A stretch of DNA of 64,000 nt, from IMG/VR virus record IMGVR_UViG_2767802109_000003, positions 1 through 64,000 of that record; one strand, written 5' to 3'. Of the stretch, positions 8,858 to 18,440 are shown piece after piece. The stretch comes from a virus. Taxonomy: Duplodnaviria; Caudoviricetes. The translations under genes were made by a program, and so were the position numbers. Under the pieces are notes generated by a model that made no database searches, had not been told where the DNA came from, and saw only the letters and a list, made by a program, of their open reading frames with translations. The stretch's first letter is position 1; each line of letters begins with the position of its first letter.

Positions 8858-9666
8858 CCACTGCAGCCCGTAACGCCGTCGCCCGCCGAGCCGAGAACGT
8901 CGGCACCGTCCAGCAGGGCGGCCCGCAGGAACCGCCGAGCCTCGCCCAGCAGATCGAGCGGATGAAGCCGGAGATCGCCCGCGCCCTGCCCAAGCACCTC
9001 AACGCCGACCGCATCGCCCGCATCGCGCTGACCACCCTGCGCCGCACACCCAAGCTCGGCCAGTGCTCCCCTGAGTCCTTCCTGGGCGCCCTCATGACCT
9101 GCTCCCAGCTCGGCGTCGAGCCCGGCGGCCCCACCGGCGAGGCCTACCTCGTCCCGTTCAAGGGCGAAGTCACGTTCGTCCTCGGCTACAAGGGCATGGC
9201 CAAGCTGTTCTGGCAGTCCCCGATGGCGAAGTCCCTGTCCGCGCAGGTCGTCTACGAAGGCGACCACTTCGACTACGAGTACGGCCTCGACCAGAAGCTC
9301 GTCCACCGGCCTTCCCTCGCCGGCCGCGGCAAGGCCATCGCCTACTACGCCGTCGCCACCACCACAACCGGCGGTTCCGCGTTCGTTGTCCTCTCCCCGG
9401 AGGACGTCGAGAAGCACCGCAAGCACTCCGCCTTCCCCAACGGTGGCCCCTGGAAGGACCACTACGAGGCGATGGCAAAGAAGACCTGCGTCCGCGAGCT
9501 GTTCAAGCTCCTGCCGGTCTCCGTCGAGCTCGCCCAGGCCGACGCCCAGGACGGCACCGTCCGCACCGACTACGCCCCGGACGCCCTCGACGCCCCCGCC
9601 TACGAACTCCCCGCCGAGAGTCGGCCCGAACTCGAAGCCGGCAGCAGCGGCACCGGCACCGACTAG
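8854..9666 (+). CDS. recT: RecT single-strand annealing protein
   Basis: EIARALPKHL, SFLGALMTCSQLGVEP, AYLVPF, GYKGM, MAKKT motifs. Confidence 0.92.
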   Translation: MTTAARNAVARRAENVGTVQQGGPQEPPSLAQQIERMKPEIARALPKHLNADRIARIALTTLRRTPKLGQCSPESFLGALMTCSQLGVEPGGPTGEAYLVPFKGEVTFVLGYKGMAKLFWQSPMAKSLSAQVVYEGDHFDYEYGLDQKLVHRPSLAGRGKAIAYYAVATTTTGGSAFVVLSPEDVEKHRKHSAFPNGGPWKDHYEAMAKKTCVRELFKLLPVSVELAQADAQDGTVRTDYAPDALDAPAYELPAESRPELEAGSSGTGTD

Positions 9667-9730
9667 CCCGCACCCAGACGGCCGCCCCGCGGGCAAGGCG
9701 GGGCGGCCTCCCAGAAGGAGACCACACACC

Positions 9731-10372
9731 ATGACGATCAACCACAGGGCCGAGGCCGAGAAGCACCTCGCCAACGCCGCCCGCCACCTCACCGAAGTCC
9801 CGGCCGACATGCGGATCGCCGAAGTCGCCGCCGCGATCGGGCAGGGCCACGCCACCCTCGCCCGCGGCGAGGAGCAGGCGGCGACGACCGCGGACCTGAA
9901 GGAGGCGCTCTACTCGCTCCGCCGACGCTTCAACGACACCCGCGAAGCCGTGGCCGCGCACATCGCCGAGGGCCTCGCCAGCCGAGAGAAGAACCGCTGG
10001 AAAGCCGCCATCGACCTCTCCAAGGCACTCGACGAAGCCCACTGCAACGTGGACGACCTCGTCGACGCCCGCCTCTCCGACGACGGCTGGGACCCGCGAT
10101 CCGCCTACAAGGCCGTCGACTCTGCTGTCCGCAGCGATGACCCTTGGGCGCCGGTCCCGGACATCACCGACCAGGTCCCGGAGCCCGTCCGCCGTGTCAT
10201 CGCTGGGCAACTCGCCGAAGCGCTCATCGACGGCCGCGACGGCGAGATCCAGAACTGGGCCCGCGGCATCACCTACGAGCTCAAGCGCGTCGGCGCCGAC
10301 CTCACCGATGCGATCAAGACCCGCATCACCGAGATGACCCTCGGCGCCGACCCCACCGACCCGCCCTTCTAA
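9731..10372 (+). CDS. Phage hypothetical protein
   Basis: AAGGAG RBS, 213-aa ORF. Confidence 0.6.
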   Translation: MTINHRAEAEKHLANAARHLTEVPADMRIAEVAAAIGQGHATLARGEEQAATTADLKEALYSLRRRFNDTREAVAAHIAEGLASREKNRWKAAIDLSKALDEAHCNVDDLVDARLSDDGWDPRSAYKAVDSAVRSDDPWAPVPDITDQVPEPVRRVIAGQLAEALIDGRDGEIQNWARGITYELKRVGADLTDAIKTRITEMTLGADPTDPPF

Positions 10373-10555
10373 GCCCGCACACGCGAACGGCCGCCCGCGG
10401 GCGAAACGCGGGCGGCCTCACCCCCAGTAGACGCCGAGTTGGCCGACCACTTCAAGAAGCGCCACCGGCCGCAGACCAGGGAGAACCCGCCGTGAGTGAT
10501 CGTGAAACGTTCCGTGAAACCAAAAGTGTCAGTGGCGTGGCGCCAATGGGAGATA

Positions 10556-10902
10556 TGACCACTCCCGTGCAGCCCGCCCTCGACGGCAGCATCCCCGAGC
10601 CGCGGAAGACGCAGACGAAGCAGCACACCGAGGACTACGAGACCTGGCTGGAGATCGTCTGGCCGCGCTTCATAGCCGCCGCGGCCACCGGCCGCACCTT
10701 CACCTGCTACGAGATCGCCGACGCCCACGACCTCCCGTCGCCGCCCAACCCGCAGGCGCACTGGGGCCGGCTGATGACCCTGCTCAAGGACGAGGGCTAC
10801 GTCCGCACCGCCGGCTGGGCCTGCACGAACCGGCCCACCGCCCACCACTCCGGCGTCCGCACCTGGAAGGGCACCGCCGCCGCCAGGAGGGCCGCCGCGT
10901 GA
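10556..10902 (+). CDS. Winged-helix-like phage hypothetical protein
   Basis: GGAG RBS; FTCYEIA..PQAHWGRLMT motif; start uncertain (alternative GTG ~10492). Confidence 0.55.
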
Positions 10903-11912
10903 AGCTCACCGACGACATCCTCACCGTGCTCCGCGAGCAGACCGCCATCGACGGCACGCACCTGGTCCTCACCGGCCCGCGCATGGACCCCAAGTTGTAC
11001 CAGCGGGTCAATGAAGTCCTCGAGGCGGTCGGCGGCCGGTGGACGACCGGCGAGCAGGCGCACGTCTTCCCCGTCGACGCCGCCGAAGCGCTCGCACCCG
11101 TCCTGGAGTCGGGGCACGTCGTGTCGCTGCGGGAGAAGAAGCAGCAAGCCCAGTACTTCCTCACCCCGGCCGCGGTCGTCCAGCGGGTCATCGACCTGGC
11201 CGCAATCAAGCCGGGCATGGAGGTGCTCGAGCCTTCGGCCGGCTCCGGCGCCATCGCCACCGCAGCAGCCAAGGCGGGCGCGGTCGTCGACTGCATCGAA
11301 CGCGACCCCGGCTACGCGGGCACCTTGGCCGACACCGGCGTCGCCCGCGCCCTGACCGTCGCCGACTTCCTCACCGTGCCCGCACAGCCCCGCTACGACC
11401 GCATCGTCGCGAACCCGCCGTTCACCAAGGGCACCGACATGCAGCACGTCGAACACGCCCTCCGCTTCCTCAAGCCCGACGGACTACTCGTCTCGGTCAT
11501 GTTCTGGGCCGTCACCGAACACAACCGCAGGACAGCGCCCTTCCGCAGCCTTGTTGAGGCCCGCGGCGGCACAGTCGAAGCAGTCGCAGCAGGAGCATTC
11601 CGGCAGTCCGGCACCAACGTACCCACTGTCATCGTCAGTATCCCCGCCAGCCGGCCCGCGGACGCCAAGCCGACCGTCTGGCCCGTCCGAGAGACCCCCG
11701 CGAAGACGGAACCCGAGGACTTCGGCGACCCAGCGACCATCGCCCGCGAGATCGCCGACAACCTGCGGGAAGCCACCCGAATCATGGACGAACTCGCCCG
11801 CGACCTGGCCCTGCCCATCAGCCGCGCCACAGCAGAAGCCGCCGCGGACGTGATCCAACTCCCCGACACACCCCAGGAACAGCTCACCTTCGACCTCGGG
11901 GAGGCGTCGTGA
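10899..11912 (+). CDS. SAM-dependent amino (N6-A/N4-C) DNA methyltransferase
   Basis: VLEPSAGSGAI (motif I) and NPPF (motif IV). Confidence 0.82.
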   Translation: MKLTDDILTVLREQTAIDGTHLVLTGPRMDPKLYQRVNEVLEAVGGRWTTGEQAHVFPVDAAEALAPVLESGHVVSLREKKQQAQYFLTPAAVVQRVIDLAAIKPGMEVLEPSAGSGAIATAAAKAGAVVDCIERDPGYAGTLADTGVARALTVADFLTVPAQPRYDRIVANPPFTKGTDMQHVEHALRFLKPDGLLVSVMFWAVTEHNRRTAPFRSLVEARGGTVEAVAAGAFRQSGTNVPTVIVSIPASRPADAKPTVWPVRETPAKTEPEDFGDPATIAREIADNLREATRIMDELARDLALPISRATAEAAADVIQLPDTPQEQLTFDLGEAS

Positions 11913-12130
11913 CCGCCGACCAGCTCGACACCGTCATCAACGCCTACGTGTGGGCCGACGCGCAGCGCGCCGTGTACGGGCCCGGACTCGCCGCCGCAGC
12001 CGGCCTCTGGGTGGCGTGCCGGACCGTCCGCGCCCTCCGCCACGCCGCCGACCGGATCCGCCTCCACCTCGACCTGCAGCACATCGAAGACCACGCCAAC
12101 CAAAACGCCATCCGAAAGGAGAAGCCGTGA
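11909..12130 (+). CDS. Phage hypothetical protein
   Basis: GTGA overlap. Confidence 0.5.
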   Translation: MTADQLDTVINAYVWADAQRAVYGPGLAAAAGLWVACRTVRALRHAADRIRLHLDLQHIEDHANQNAIRKEKP

Positions 12131-12954
12131 CCACCGCCACCGACCACGTTGCCGACCACAACTGCTACCGCCGCGGATGCCGCCGCGACGAATGCCGCAC
12201 CGCCGACCGCAACTACCGCAAGCAAGCCGACCTGCGACGCCACCGCGGCATCTCCGGCCATATCCCTGGCCCCACCGTCGCCGCCCACATCCGCACCCTC
12301 ACCGACAGCGGACGCCAAGTCCGCGACATCGCCGTCGAATCCGGAGTGTCCGAACGTGCCATCGGATACATCCTCCACGGGCAGCGGAACGTCACCCGGC
12401 CCAGGGCACTCGCCCTCCTCGCCGTTCGACCGCTTGGCGAGCCGCCCCGCATCGACCCCACAGGCACGATCCGACGCATCCAGGCCCTCGCCGTCATCGG
12501 CTGGCCCATCGCCTGGACCGCCGAGAAGGCGGGCTACACGCCCTCCTACCTGTTCAACATCATCGCTGGTCGCGTCCCGACGATACCCAGGGAAGTCGCG
12601 CCGCGGTTCGCCACTGTCTACAGGCAGCACAGCAACCGGCAGGGCCCGTCCGAGTTCGCCCGAAGCAGCGCCCGCCGCAACGGCTGGCACGGCCCCCTCG
12701 CCTGGGACAACATTGACGACCCCGCATGCCAGCCAGAGGAGGCGGCGCCCTACGAGGCCGCCCCCAAGTACGAACGCGACCCCGACCGCAAGCGGGAGAT
12801 CGAGCACCTGTACCTGCTCGGCGAGTCCGTGCAATCCATCGCCAAAGCCCTCGACGGCAACGAGAAGTACATCAGCGACCAACTCAACGTCGTCCTCCGC
12901 GAACGCGCCGCCAAAAAGCAGGCCGCCAAGAACCAGCTGGGGCGAGCCGCATGA
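12127..12954 (+). CDS. Multi-HTH phage protein with N-terminal CYRRGCR zinc motif
   Basis: HNCYRRGCRRDEC; two to three HTH-like segments (RDIAVESGVSERAI; IAWTAEKAG; QSIAKAL). Confidence 0.65.
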   Translation: MTTATDHVADHNCYRRGCRRDECRTADRNYRKQADLRRHRGISGHIPGPTVAAHIRTLTDSGRQVRDIAVESGVSERAIGYILHGQRNVTRPRALALLAVRPLGEPPRIDPTGTIRRIQALAVIGWPIAWTAEKAGYTPSYLFNIIAGRVPTIPREVAPRFATVYRQHSNRQGPSEFARSSARRNGWHGPLAWDNIDDPACQPEEAAPYEAAPKYERDPDRKREIEHLYLLGESVQSIAKALDGNEKYISDQLNVVLRERAAKKQAAKNQLGRAA

Positions 12955-13100
12955 CCGAGCAGCAGCGAACCACCACCCCACCCAAGCCCGGCACCTGCGA
13001 CACCGGCCGGCCTCTCTGCGGCAAACCCGCCCGCTTCTACCCCGCCGGCTGGCGATGCGACGACCACGTGCCCACCAGCCCCACCCGCAACCAGCAGTAG
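12951..13100 (+). CDS. Small Cys-containing hypothetical protein
   Basis: ATGA overlap; CGKPARFYPAGWRCDDH. Confidence 0.5.
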   Translation: MTEQQRTTTPPKPGTCDTGRPLCGKPARFYPAGWRCDDHVPTSPTRNQQ

Positions 13101-13114
13101 CCGCACACGACAAA

Positions 13115-13134
13115 GGCCCCGCGGAAGCGGGGCC
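13115..13134. terminator. Hairpin, putative terminator between convergent genes
   Basis: GGCCCCGC-GGAA-GCGGGGCC. Confidence 0.55.
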
Positions 13135-13162
13135 CGGAGACGAACGAGAGGAGGGGGCCGTG

Positions 13163-13372
13163 CTAGTCGTCGGATGCGTTCAGCTTGTCCAGCCGGCGCT
13201 GGATGGCGTCCTGCCTTGTCTGCTCCTTGCGCCAAGCGGTGACCTGACGGACGACGTACATGCGGATGTCCGCGGCGCGAGCGATGCCCTTCTCCTCGCA
13301 CAGCTGGCCGTAGTCCGTCCACACATCGTCCTCGATGCGGACCATGCGGCCGGGAGTCCCCTTCGTCGTCAT
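13163..13372 (-). CDS. Small ribbon-helix-helix-like regulator
   Basis: MTTKGTPGRMVRIEDDVWTDYGQLCEEKGIARAADIRMYV: beta-strand plus two helices; antisense to the early operon. Confidence 0.6.
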   Translation of the reverse strand: MTTKGTPGRMVRIEDDVWTDYGQLCEEKGIARAADIRMYVVRQVTAWRKEQTRQDAIQRRLDKLNASDD

Positions 13373-13450
13373 GTCGACAGCGTAGCCGACTGCGCACTGA
13401 CTACACACCCTGCCGGGCCGGATGAGACCGGAAAGTGTGTGCCGAATGTA

Positions 13451-13481
13451 TTGCGCCTGACTAGTCACCTTCCAGTACGAT
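13451..13481 (+). promoter_or_regulatory. Putative promoter/operator upstream of HNH-rep
   Basis: TTGCGC...TACGAT hexamers enclosing a perfect palindrome TGACTAGTCA (13458-13467). Confidence 0.45.
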
Positions 13482-13585
13482 CGGAGAGTGCCAAGGCGGC
13501 ACCGAAGCGCTCAAACAAGCCGCCCTAAGGGCTTGGTTCCGTGCGCCCAAAAGCCCCCTACCAGCACTCTCCGAAAGAAGAACCC

Positions 13586-14695
13586 ATGGCCGTCTCCAAG
13601 CGACTCCGCTACGAGATCTTCCGCAGGGACAACCACGCCTGCCGCTACTGCGGCGCGTCCGCCCCGGACGTCCCGCTGCGCGTCGATCACGTCACCCCCG
13701 TCGCGCTCGGCGGCACCGACACCCCCGACAACCTCGTCGCCAGCTGCGAACCCTGCAACAGCGGCAAGAGCAGCGCCACCGTCGACTCCGCCACCGTCGC
13801 CGACGTCAGCAACGACGCCCTCCGGTGGTCCGCGGCGATGCAGCAGGCCGCCGAGAACCTCCTCGAGCAGGAGAAGCCGAAGCTCGCGTATCGATCCGCC
13901 TTCTTCACGGAATGGCAGCGATGGGGAGTCGGCAGCGGCGAGGCCCGCCAGGCCGTTGAACTCCCCGCCGACTGGAAGGCCAGCATTGAGCGCTTCCGAG
14001 TCGCCGGCCTCCCCGTGCAGGTGTGGGCGGAGATCGTCGACACGTCCATGAGTAACAGCAAGGTGCTGTCGGCGAACAAGTTCAAGTACTGCTGTGGCAT
14101 CGCCTGGAACCTGGTGACCGCGATGCAGGAGGACGCCCGACGGATCCTCGCCGACAAGCCTCAGTCGCCGCCCCCGCCTGGCGGGAGCCTTCGTGATGTC
14201 GTCTCTGCCCACCTCTACTCGACCTGGGTCTGGGCCTGGGAGCGCATCGGTCCCGGGTCACCTAGCAAGGCCGACGCTCTCGACTTCATCCACGACGTCA
14301 GCGAGATGCTCGAGCGCGGCCTCTCGGCCCAGTTGGAGCTCACGGAGCAGGCGTTCCTCGCTGGCACGGATCACGCCACCGATCCGAGTTCGTATCTCCC
14401 GGAGGAGTTCAAGACGCCCGAGCAGCTCGAGTCCCAACTGCCACTGACTGGCGAGCAGTACGAGAGCGGTGCTGGCGTTCTCACCTTGTGGGCTGCCCGA
14501 TGGGAGGAGATGAGTCCCGATGGGGGACCGACGCGACATGACGAGAAGGAGTTCCTCCGGGAGCTGACCGCTGCGCTTCGGGCAGGCCACGACCGTGACT
14601 GGATCCTTCACGCCGCTGACCTTGCTGGGGGATTCCTCCGCGCCGACCTCTCCTACTACCTCCCGAAGCCGGATGTCCAGGGCGGTGACAACTGA
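13586..14695 (+). CDS. HNH endonuclease domain protein
   Basis: LRYEIFRRDNHACRYCG..VDHVTPVALGGTD..NLVASCEPCNSGK. Confidence 0.88.
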   Translation: MAVSKRLRYEIFRRDNHACRYCGASAPDVPLRVDHVTPVALGGTDTPDNLVASCEPCNSGKSSATVDSATVADVSNDALRWSAAMQQAAENLLEQEKPKLAYRSAFFTEWQRWGVGSGEARQAVELPADWKASIERFRVAGLPVQVWAEIVDTSMSNSKVLSANKFKYCCGIAWNLVTAMQEDARRILADKPQSPPPPGGSLRDVVSAHLYSTWVWAWERIGPGSPSKADALDFIHDVSEMLERGLSAQLELTEQAFLAGTDHATDPSSYLPEEFKTPEQLESQLPLTGEQYESGAGVLTLWAARWEEMSPDGGPTRHDEKEFLRELTAALRAGHDRDWILHAADLAGGFLRADLSYYLPKPDVQGGDN

Positions 14696-15795
14696 TGGCC
14701 CGCATCCGCTCGATCAAGCCCGAGATGCGCACCTCCATCACGGTCTCCCTGTGGCCGCGGGAGGTCCGCTACTTCTTCGTGCTCCTGTGGGGCTACTTCG
14801 ACGACTACGGCCGCGGCGTCGACGACGAGCTCCTCATCGCTTCCGACTGCTTTCCGCGGGACCGAGACGTCACCCCCGAGCGCGTCGACGACTGGCTGGA
14901 GCTCATCGCCGAGTCCGGACCGCTGTGCCGGTACGAGGTCGACGGCCGACGCTACCTGCACGCCCCGAACTGGCGCGAGCACCAGAAGCCGTCGCACCCG
15001 ACCCGGTCGAAGGTGCCGCCGTGCCCGGACGATGAGCCGGAGGACTTCAAGAGGTGGCGTGAGACCAACCCGCAGCGCCTCCGGAATCGCTCGCGAAAGT
15101 CTCGCGAGGGATTCCAGAAGATCCCCGAGGCCCGCGAAGGGCCCTCCCGGAGCCCTTCCGGAGGCACCTCCGAGGCACCCCTGAGTGGGCGTGAGCATGA
15201 CGAGACTCATGCGGCAGACGAGAGCGTCACGCATGGCGGACCTGAGGACGAAGCCGCAGTTCACGCCTGGTATGACGACGCTCCGGATTCCCTCCCGAAC
15301 TCCTCCGGAAACGCTCCGGAGCATTTCGCCCCTGAGCAAGGGAGCAAGGGAGCAAGGGAGCAAGGGAGCAAGGGAGAGGGGGGTGTGGGGGGAAACCGTC
15401 GTCGCGACCTCGACCGCCAGTCGCCCCAGCCCGCCTCCCGGCCTAACGGCCGGCCCCCTCTCACCGAACTCCCCGACGACTTCGCGCTCACCGACGCAAT
15501 GCGCAACTGGGCCCGCAACACCTACCCCCGCGTCGACGTCGACCACGAGACCCGCAAGTTCATCTCGCACCACCGCGCCGAAGAGAACCGCAAGCGCAAC
15601 TGGTACGAGGCCTGGAAGCGGTGGATGGCCGACGGCAACGCCTACCTGATTAAGCACGGCGCCAAGACCACCAACGTCGTCAACCTCTCCACCGGCCAGC
15701 CGCTCACCGGCACGGACGCCACGGTCTCTGGCTGGGGCGCTGTCGCTGACTCCTTCGACAACTTCGACCCCGAGGACTCACATGAATCCGCGTGA
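14695..15795 (+). CDS. Phage replication initiator protein
   Basis: MARIRSIKPE N-terminus, GRRYLHAPNWREHQKP, low-complexity linker with tandem repeats; TGATG coupling. Confidence 0.75.
   Translation: MARIRSIKPEMRTSITVSLWPREVRYFFVLLWGYFDDYGRGVDDELLIASDCFPRDRDVTPERVDDWLELIAESGPLCRYEVDGRRYLHAPNWREHQKPSHPTRSKVPPCPDDEPEDFKRWRETNPQRLRNRSRKSREGFQKIPEAREGPSRSPSGGTSEAPLSGREHDETHAADESVTHGGPEDEAAVHAWYDDAPDSLPNSSGNAPEHFAPEQGSKGAREQGSKGEGGVGGNRRRDLDRQSPQPASRPNGRPPLTELPDDFALTDAMRNWARNTYPRVDVDHETRKFISHHRAEENRKRNWYEAWKRWMADGNAYLIKHGAKTTNVVNLSTGQPLTGTDATVSGWGAVADSFDNFDPEDSHESA
15334..15373 (+). repeat. (GAGCAAGG)x5 tandem repeat inside rep, candidate origin iterons
   Basis: Five perfect 8-mers followed by a G-rich tract. 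Confidence 0.85.
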
Positions 15796-16534
15796 AGCGG
15801 CCCAGCTGCTGGGTCACTGCGCAGCGTTCGACAACCGCAAGCCGTCCCAGGCCGCCGCCATGGCATGGGCCGCTGCCCTCCACGATGTTCCGTTGGACGA
15901 CGACGCGAAGAACGCCGTGGCCGCCTACTACACGACCCCGCCGAAGGATCCGGACGCGAAGCTGTGGATCCTGCCGCATCACGTCCGCTCCCTCCGCACG
16001 AAGATCCGCAACGCCCGGTTGGAGAACTTCCATTACGAGCCTGTCGGCGACGAGAGCGTCGGCGAGTATCTGGCCCGGCTCCGCGGCCAGGTGCAGGCAA
16101 TCGCCTCCGGCCGCATAGCCGCTCCCACCGGTCGGCTGGCGCTCGAGGGCGGTCCCTCCCGCGAGTTCGTGGCCGAGTTGGAAGCCCGCGGCTGGGACGG
16201 CAACCGCGCGGTGCCCGGCGAGGACGACGAACCGGCGGCCGAGCTGATCGACACGGTGCGCCGTACCGGGCCGCTCGGCGTGGTCTGCCCGATGTGCGCG
16301 GCGGAGATTGGTTTCCCGTGCAAGTCGAGCCACGCCACGAAGAAGCACCCGCTCGGCCGGCCGCTCGCCAAGCCGCACACCGCCCGGATCCGGGCCGCGT
16401 CCGGTGAGCCGCAGCAGACGCCGGAGCAGCGGGCCGCCGAGGAAGAGCGCATCCGGGCCGCCTCCGCCCGCGCCCTCGCCCGCATCCAGGACGAGGACAT
16501 CCCCGACGCCGAGATCGTCGAGGAGGCGTCGTGA
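15782..16534 (+). CDS. Putative helicase loader/inhibitor-like protein with C-terminal zinc finger
   Basis: EAAQLLGHCAAFDNRK..AWAAAL N-terminus after rep; CPMC..C..H motif. Confidence 0.55.
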   Translation: MNPREAAQLLGHCAAFDNRKPSQAAAMAWAAALHDVPLDDDAKNAVAAYYTTPPKDPDAKLWILPHHVRSLRTKIRNARLENFHYEPVGDESVGEYLARLRGQVQAIASGRIAAPTGRLALEGGPSREFVAELEARGWDGNRAVPGEDDEPAAELIDTVRRTGPLGVVCPMCAAEIGFPCKSSHATKKHPLGRPLAKPHTARIRAASGEPQQTPEQRAAEEERIRAASARALARIQDEDIPDAEIVEEAS

Positions 16535-16917
16535 GCGACTTCAGCGAGACGCAGATCGCCGCGGCCCGCCGCGACGGCAGCCTCAAGCAGCTGCTCCGCC
16601 AGCAGATCAGTGAAGGCAAAGCCCGCTTCGGTACCGCGGTCGTCAAGGAGTGGCCGTCCGGCCGCCGCAAGGACGTCAACGGCACCACCTGCCCGCACTG
16701 CCACGCCGGACCGGACCAGCGCTGCCACGTCCTCACCCGCGACAAGACCCTGCCGCAGCCGCACCAGCAGCGGATCGCCGTGTGGGCGCAGACCGTCGCC
16801 TGCTGCACCACCTGCCAAGCCGCCCCCGGACAGCGCTGCCACGAAGCCGGACTGCCGCTGCCGCTCAACACCGTCCACGCCACCCGCCACACCGAAGCCG
16901 AAAGGACCGCCGCATGA
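16531..16917 (+). CDS. Double zinc-finger protein
   Basis: CPHCHAGPDQRC..H and CTTCQAAPGQRC..H. Confidence 0.6.
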   Translation: MSDFSETQIAAARRDGSLKQLLRQQISEGKARFGTAVVKEWPSGRRKDVNGTTCPHCHAGPDQRCHVLTRDKTLPQPHQQRIAVWAQTVACCTTCQAAPGQRCHEAGLPLPLNTVHATRHTEAERTAA

Positions 16918-17150
16918 GCGCCTGGCACACGGCCCGCGCGACGTGGGTCACCGCCGACGAGCAGGACATCGAGTTCGTCGTCCGCGACCGGCTCCCCGAC
17001 TGGGGCCTCACCCGTCGCAGCCGGCGCATCGCTGCCCAACAGTTGACCGAGCGCGACGTGTCCGTCGAGGAGATCGCCGAACTGATCGGCGTCACGCCCC
17101 GCACCGTCTACCGGTGGCGCGCAGAGGGCTTCCAGGAGGCCGCCGCGTGA
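16914..17150 (+). CDS. HTH domain protein
   Basis: SVEEIAELIGVTPRTVYRWR. Confidence 0.7.
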   Translation: MSAWHTARATWVTADEQDIEFVVRDRLPDWGLTRRSRRIAAQQLTERDVSVEEIAELIGVTPRTVYRWRAEGFQEAAA

Positions 17151-17256
17151 CCGCCGCCTCCGGTCCGACGCCGCCGCCGGACGCCTGCACCTGCGCCCGC
17201 TGCGGCGGCAACCCCGCCAGCACCGCCGTACACCGGCCCCAGGAAGGGAACGCCGC

Positions 17257-18234
17257 ATGATCGTCGACCTGTTCGCCGGCCCCGGTGGCTTGGATCACGG
17301 CGCCGACCTCGCCCGGGTTCCGTCGATCGGTATCGAGTGGGACGCCAACGCCGTCGCCACCCGTGTGGCCGCTGGGCTGGCCACGGTGCACGGCGACGTC
17401 CGCCGGTACGGGCCCGCCGACTTCCCCGACGCCACCGTCTTGGCGGGCGGGCCGCCCTGTCAGACGTTCACCGTCGCCGGCGGGGGAGCGGGCCGTGCCG
17501 CCCTCGCCGACGTCCTGCATGCGGTCCGTCGTATGGGCGCCCGCAAGCCCGTCGACCCGATGCTGCTCGGCGACGAGCGCACCGGGCTGGTCCTCGAGCC
17601 CCTCCGCTGGGCACTCGAAGCCGCCGATGCCGGGCGCCCGTTCGAGGCGATCGTTCTCGAGCAGGTGCAGCAGGTGCAGCAGGTGTGGCACGCCTACGCC
17701 GAAGTGCTGCGCGTCGAGGGCTACTCGGTGGCGACCGGCGTGCTGCGCACGGAGCAGCACGGGCTGGCGCAGACCAGGCGCCGCGCGGTGCTCGTGGCAC
17801 GCCTGGGCGGGCCTGTGGCGCTCCCGGAGCCGTTGAGGCGCCCGTACCGGCAGGGGATCGCCCAGGGCGCGGGAGACGCCCGCCTGCAGCCGTGGCGGTC
17901 CATGGCCGACGTACTGCCCGACCGCGGCGAGTTCACGGTGATCTCCAACTACGGCACCGGCGGCGACCCGCGGAACCGGGGCAGGCGCCACAGCAGCGAA
18001 CCGGCATTCACCGTCACCGGCAAGATCAACCGCAACCGGATCATCGACGCAGCCGGCCGCGAACTCCCGCGGTTCACCCACGCCGAAGCTGGCGTACTGC
18101 AGGGCTTCCCCGCCGACTGGCCCTGGACCGGCAACGACATCGCCCAGCAGATCGGCAACGCCTGCCCGCCGCTGCTCGCCGCCGACCTCGTGGAAGTCGC
18201 CGTCGGCCAGCAGGCGGAGGTGATCGCCGCGTGA
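17257..18234 (+). CDS. DNA cytosine-5 methyltransferase (orphan)
   Basis: DLFAGPGG, GGPPCQ (catalytic PC), QTRRRA, QQIGNA motifs; motif VI reads EQV instead of ENV. Confidence 0.88.
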   Translation: MIVDLFAGPGGLDHGADLARVPSIGIEWDANAVATRVAAGLATVHGDVRRYGPADFPDATVLAGGPPCQTFTVAGGGAGRAALADVLHAVRRMGARKPVDPMLLGDERTGLVLEPLRWALEAADAGRPFEAIVLEQVQQVQQVWHAYAEVLRVEGYSVATGVLRTEQHGLAQTRRRAVLVARLGGPVALPEPLRRPYRQGIAQGAGDARLQPWRSMADVLPDRGEFTVISNYGTGGDPRNRGRRHSSEPAFTVTGKINRNRIIDAAGRELPRFTHAEAGVLQGFPADWPWTGNDIAQQIGNACPPLLAADLVEVAVGQQAEVIAA

Positions 18235-18440
18235 GCGCCGACGCCTACCTGGTCATCCGCTGCGACGTGGCGGACGAGACGCAGATCGACGGCCGGTGCG
18301 CCTCCGAAGGCACGTGGTCGGTCCGGCACGACCCGCACACCCACCGTGAACCCCGTCGGCTGCTGAAGGTCCACCGCGGCTGGCGGCGCACTCGAGACGG
18401 CCGGGACATCTGCCCCGACCACACGATGGAGGCGGCCTGA
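18231..18440 (+). CDS. Small zinc-binding hypothetical protein
   Basis: GTGA overlap; IRCD...GW..DICPDH. Confidence 0.55.
   Translation: MSADAYLVIRCDVADETQIDGRCASEGTWSVRHDPHTHREPRRLLKVHRGWRRTRDGRDICPDHTMEAA

Noticed and set aside
15305-15316. 12-nt match (CCGGAAACGCTC) between the mini-array spacer and the rep gene near the iterons
   Set aside because: Covers only spacer positions ~12-23, not the PAM-proximal seed; flanks do not match; a 12-mer hit in 64 kb is plausible by chance
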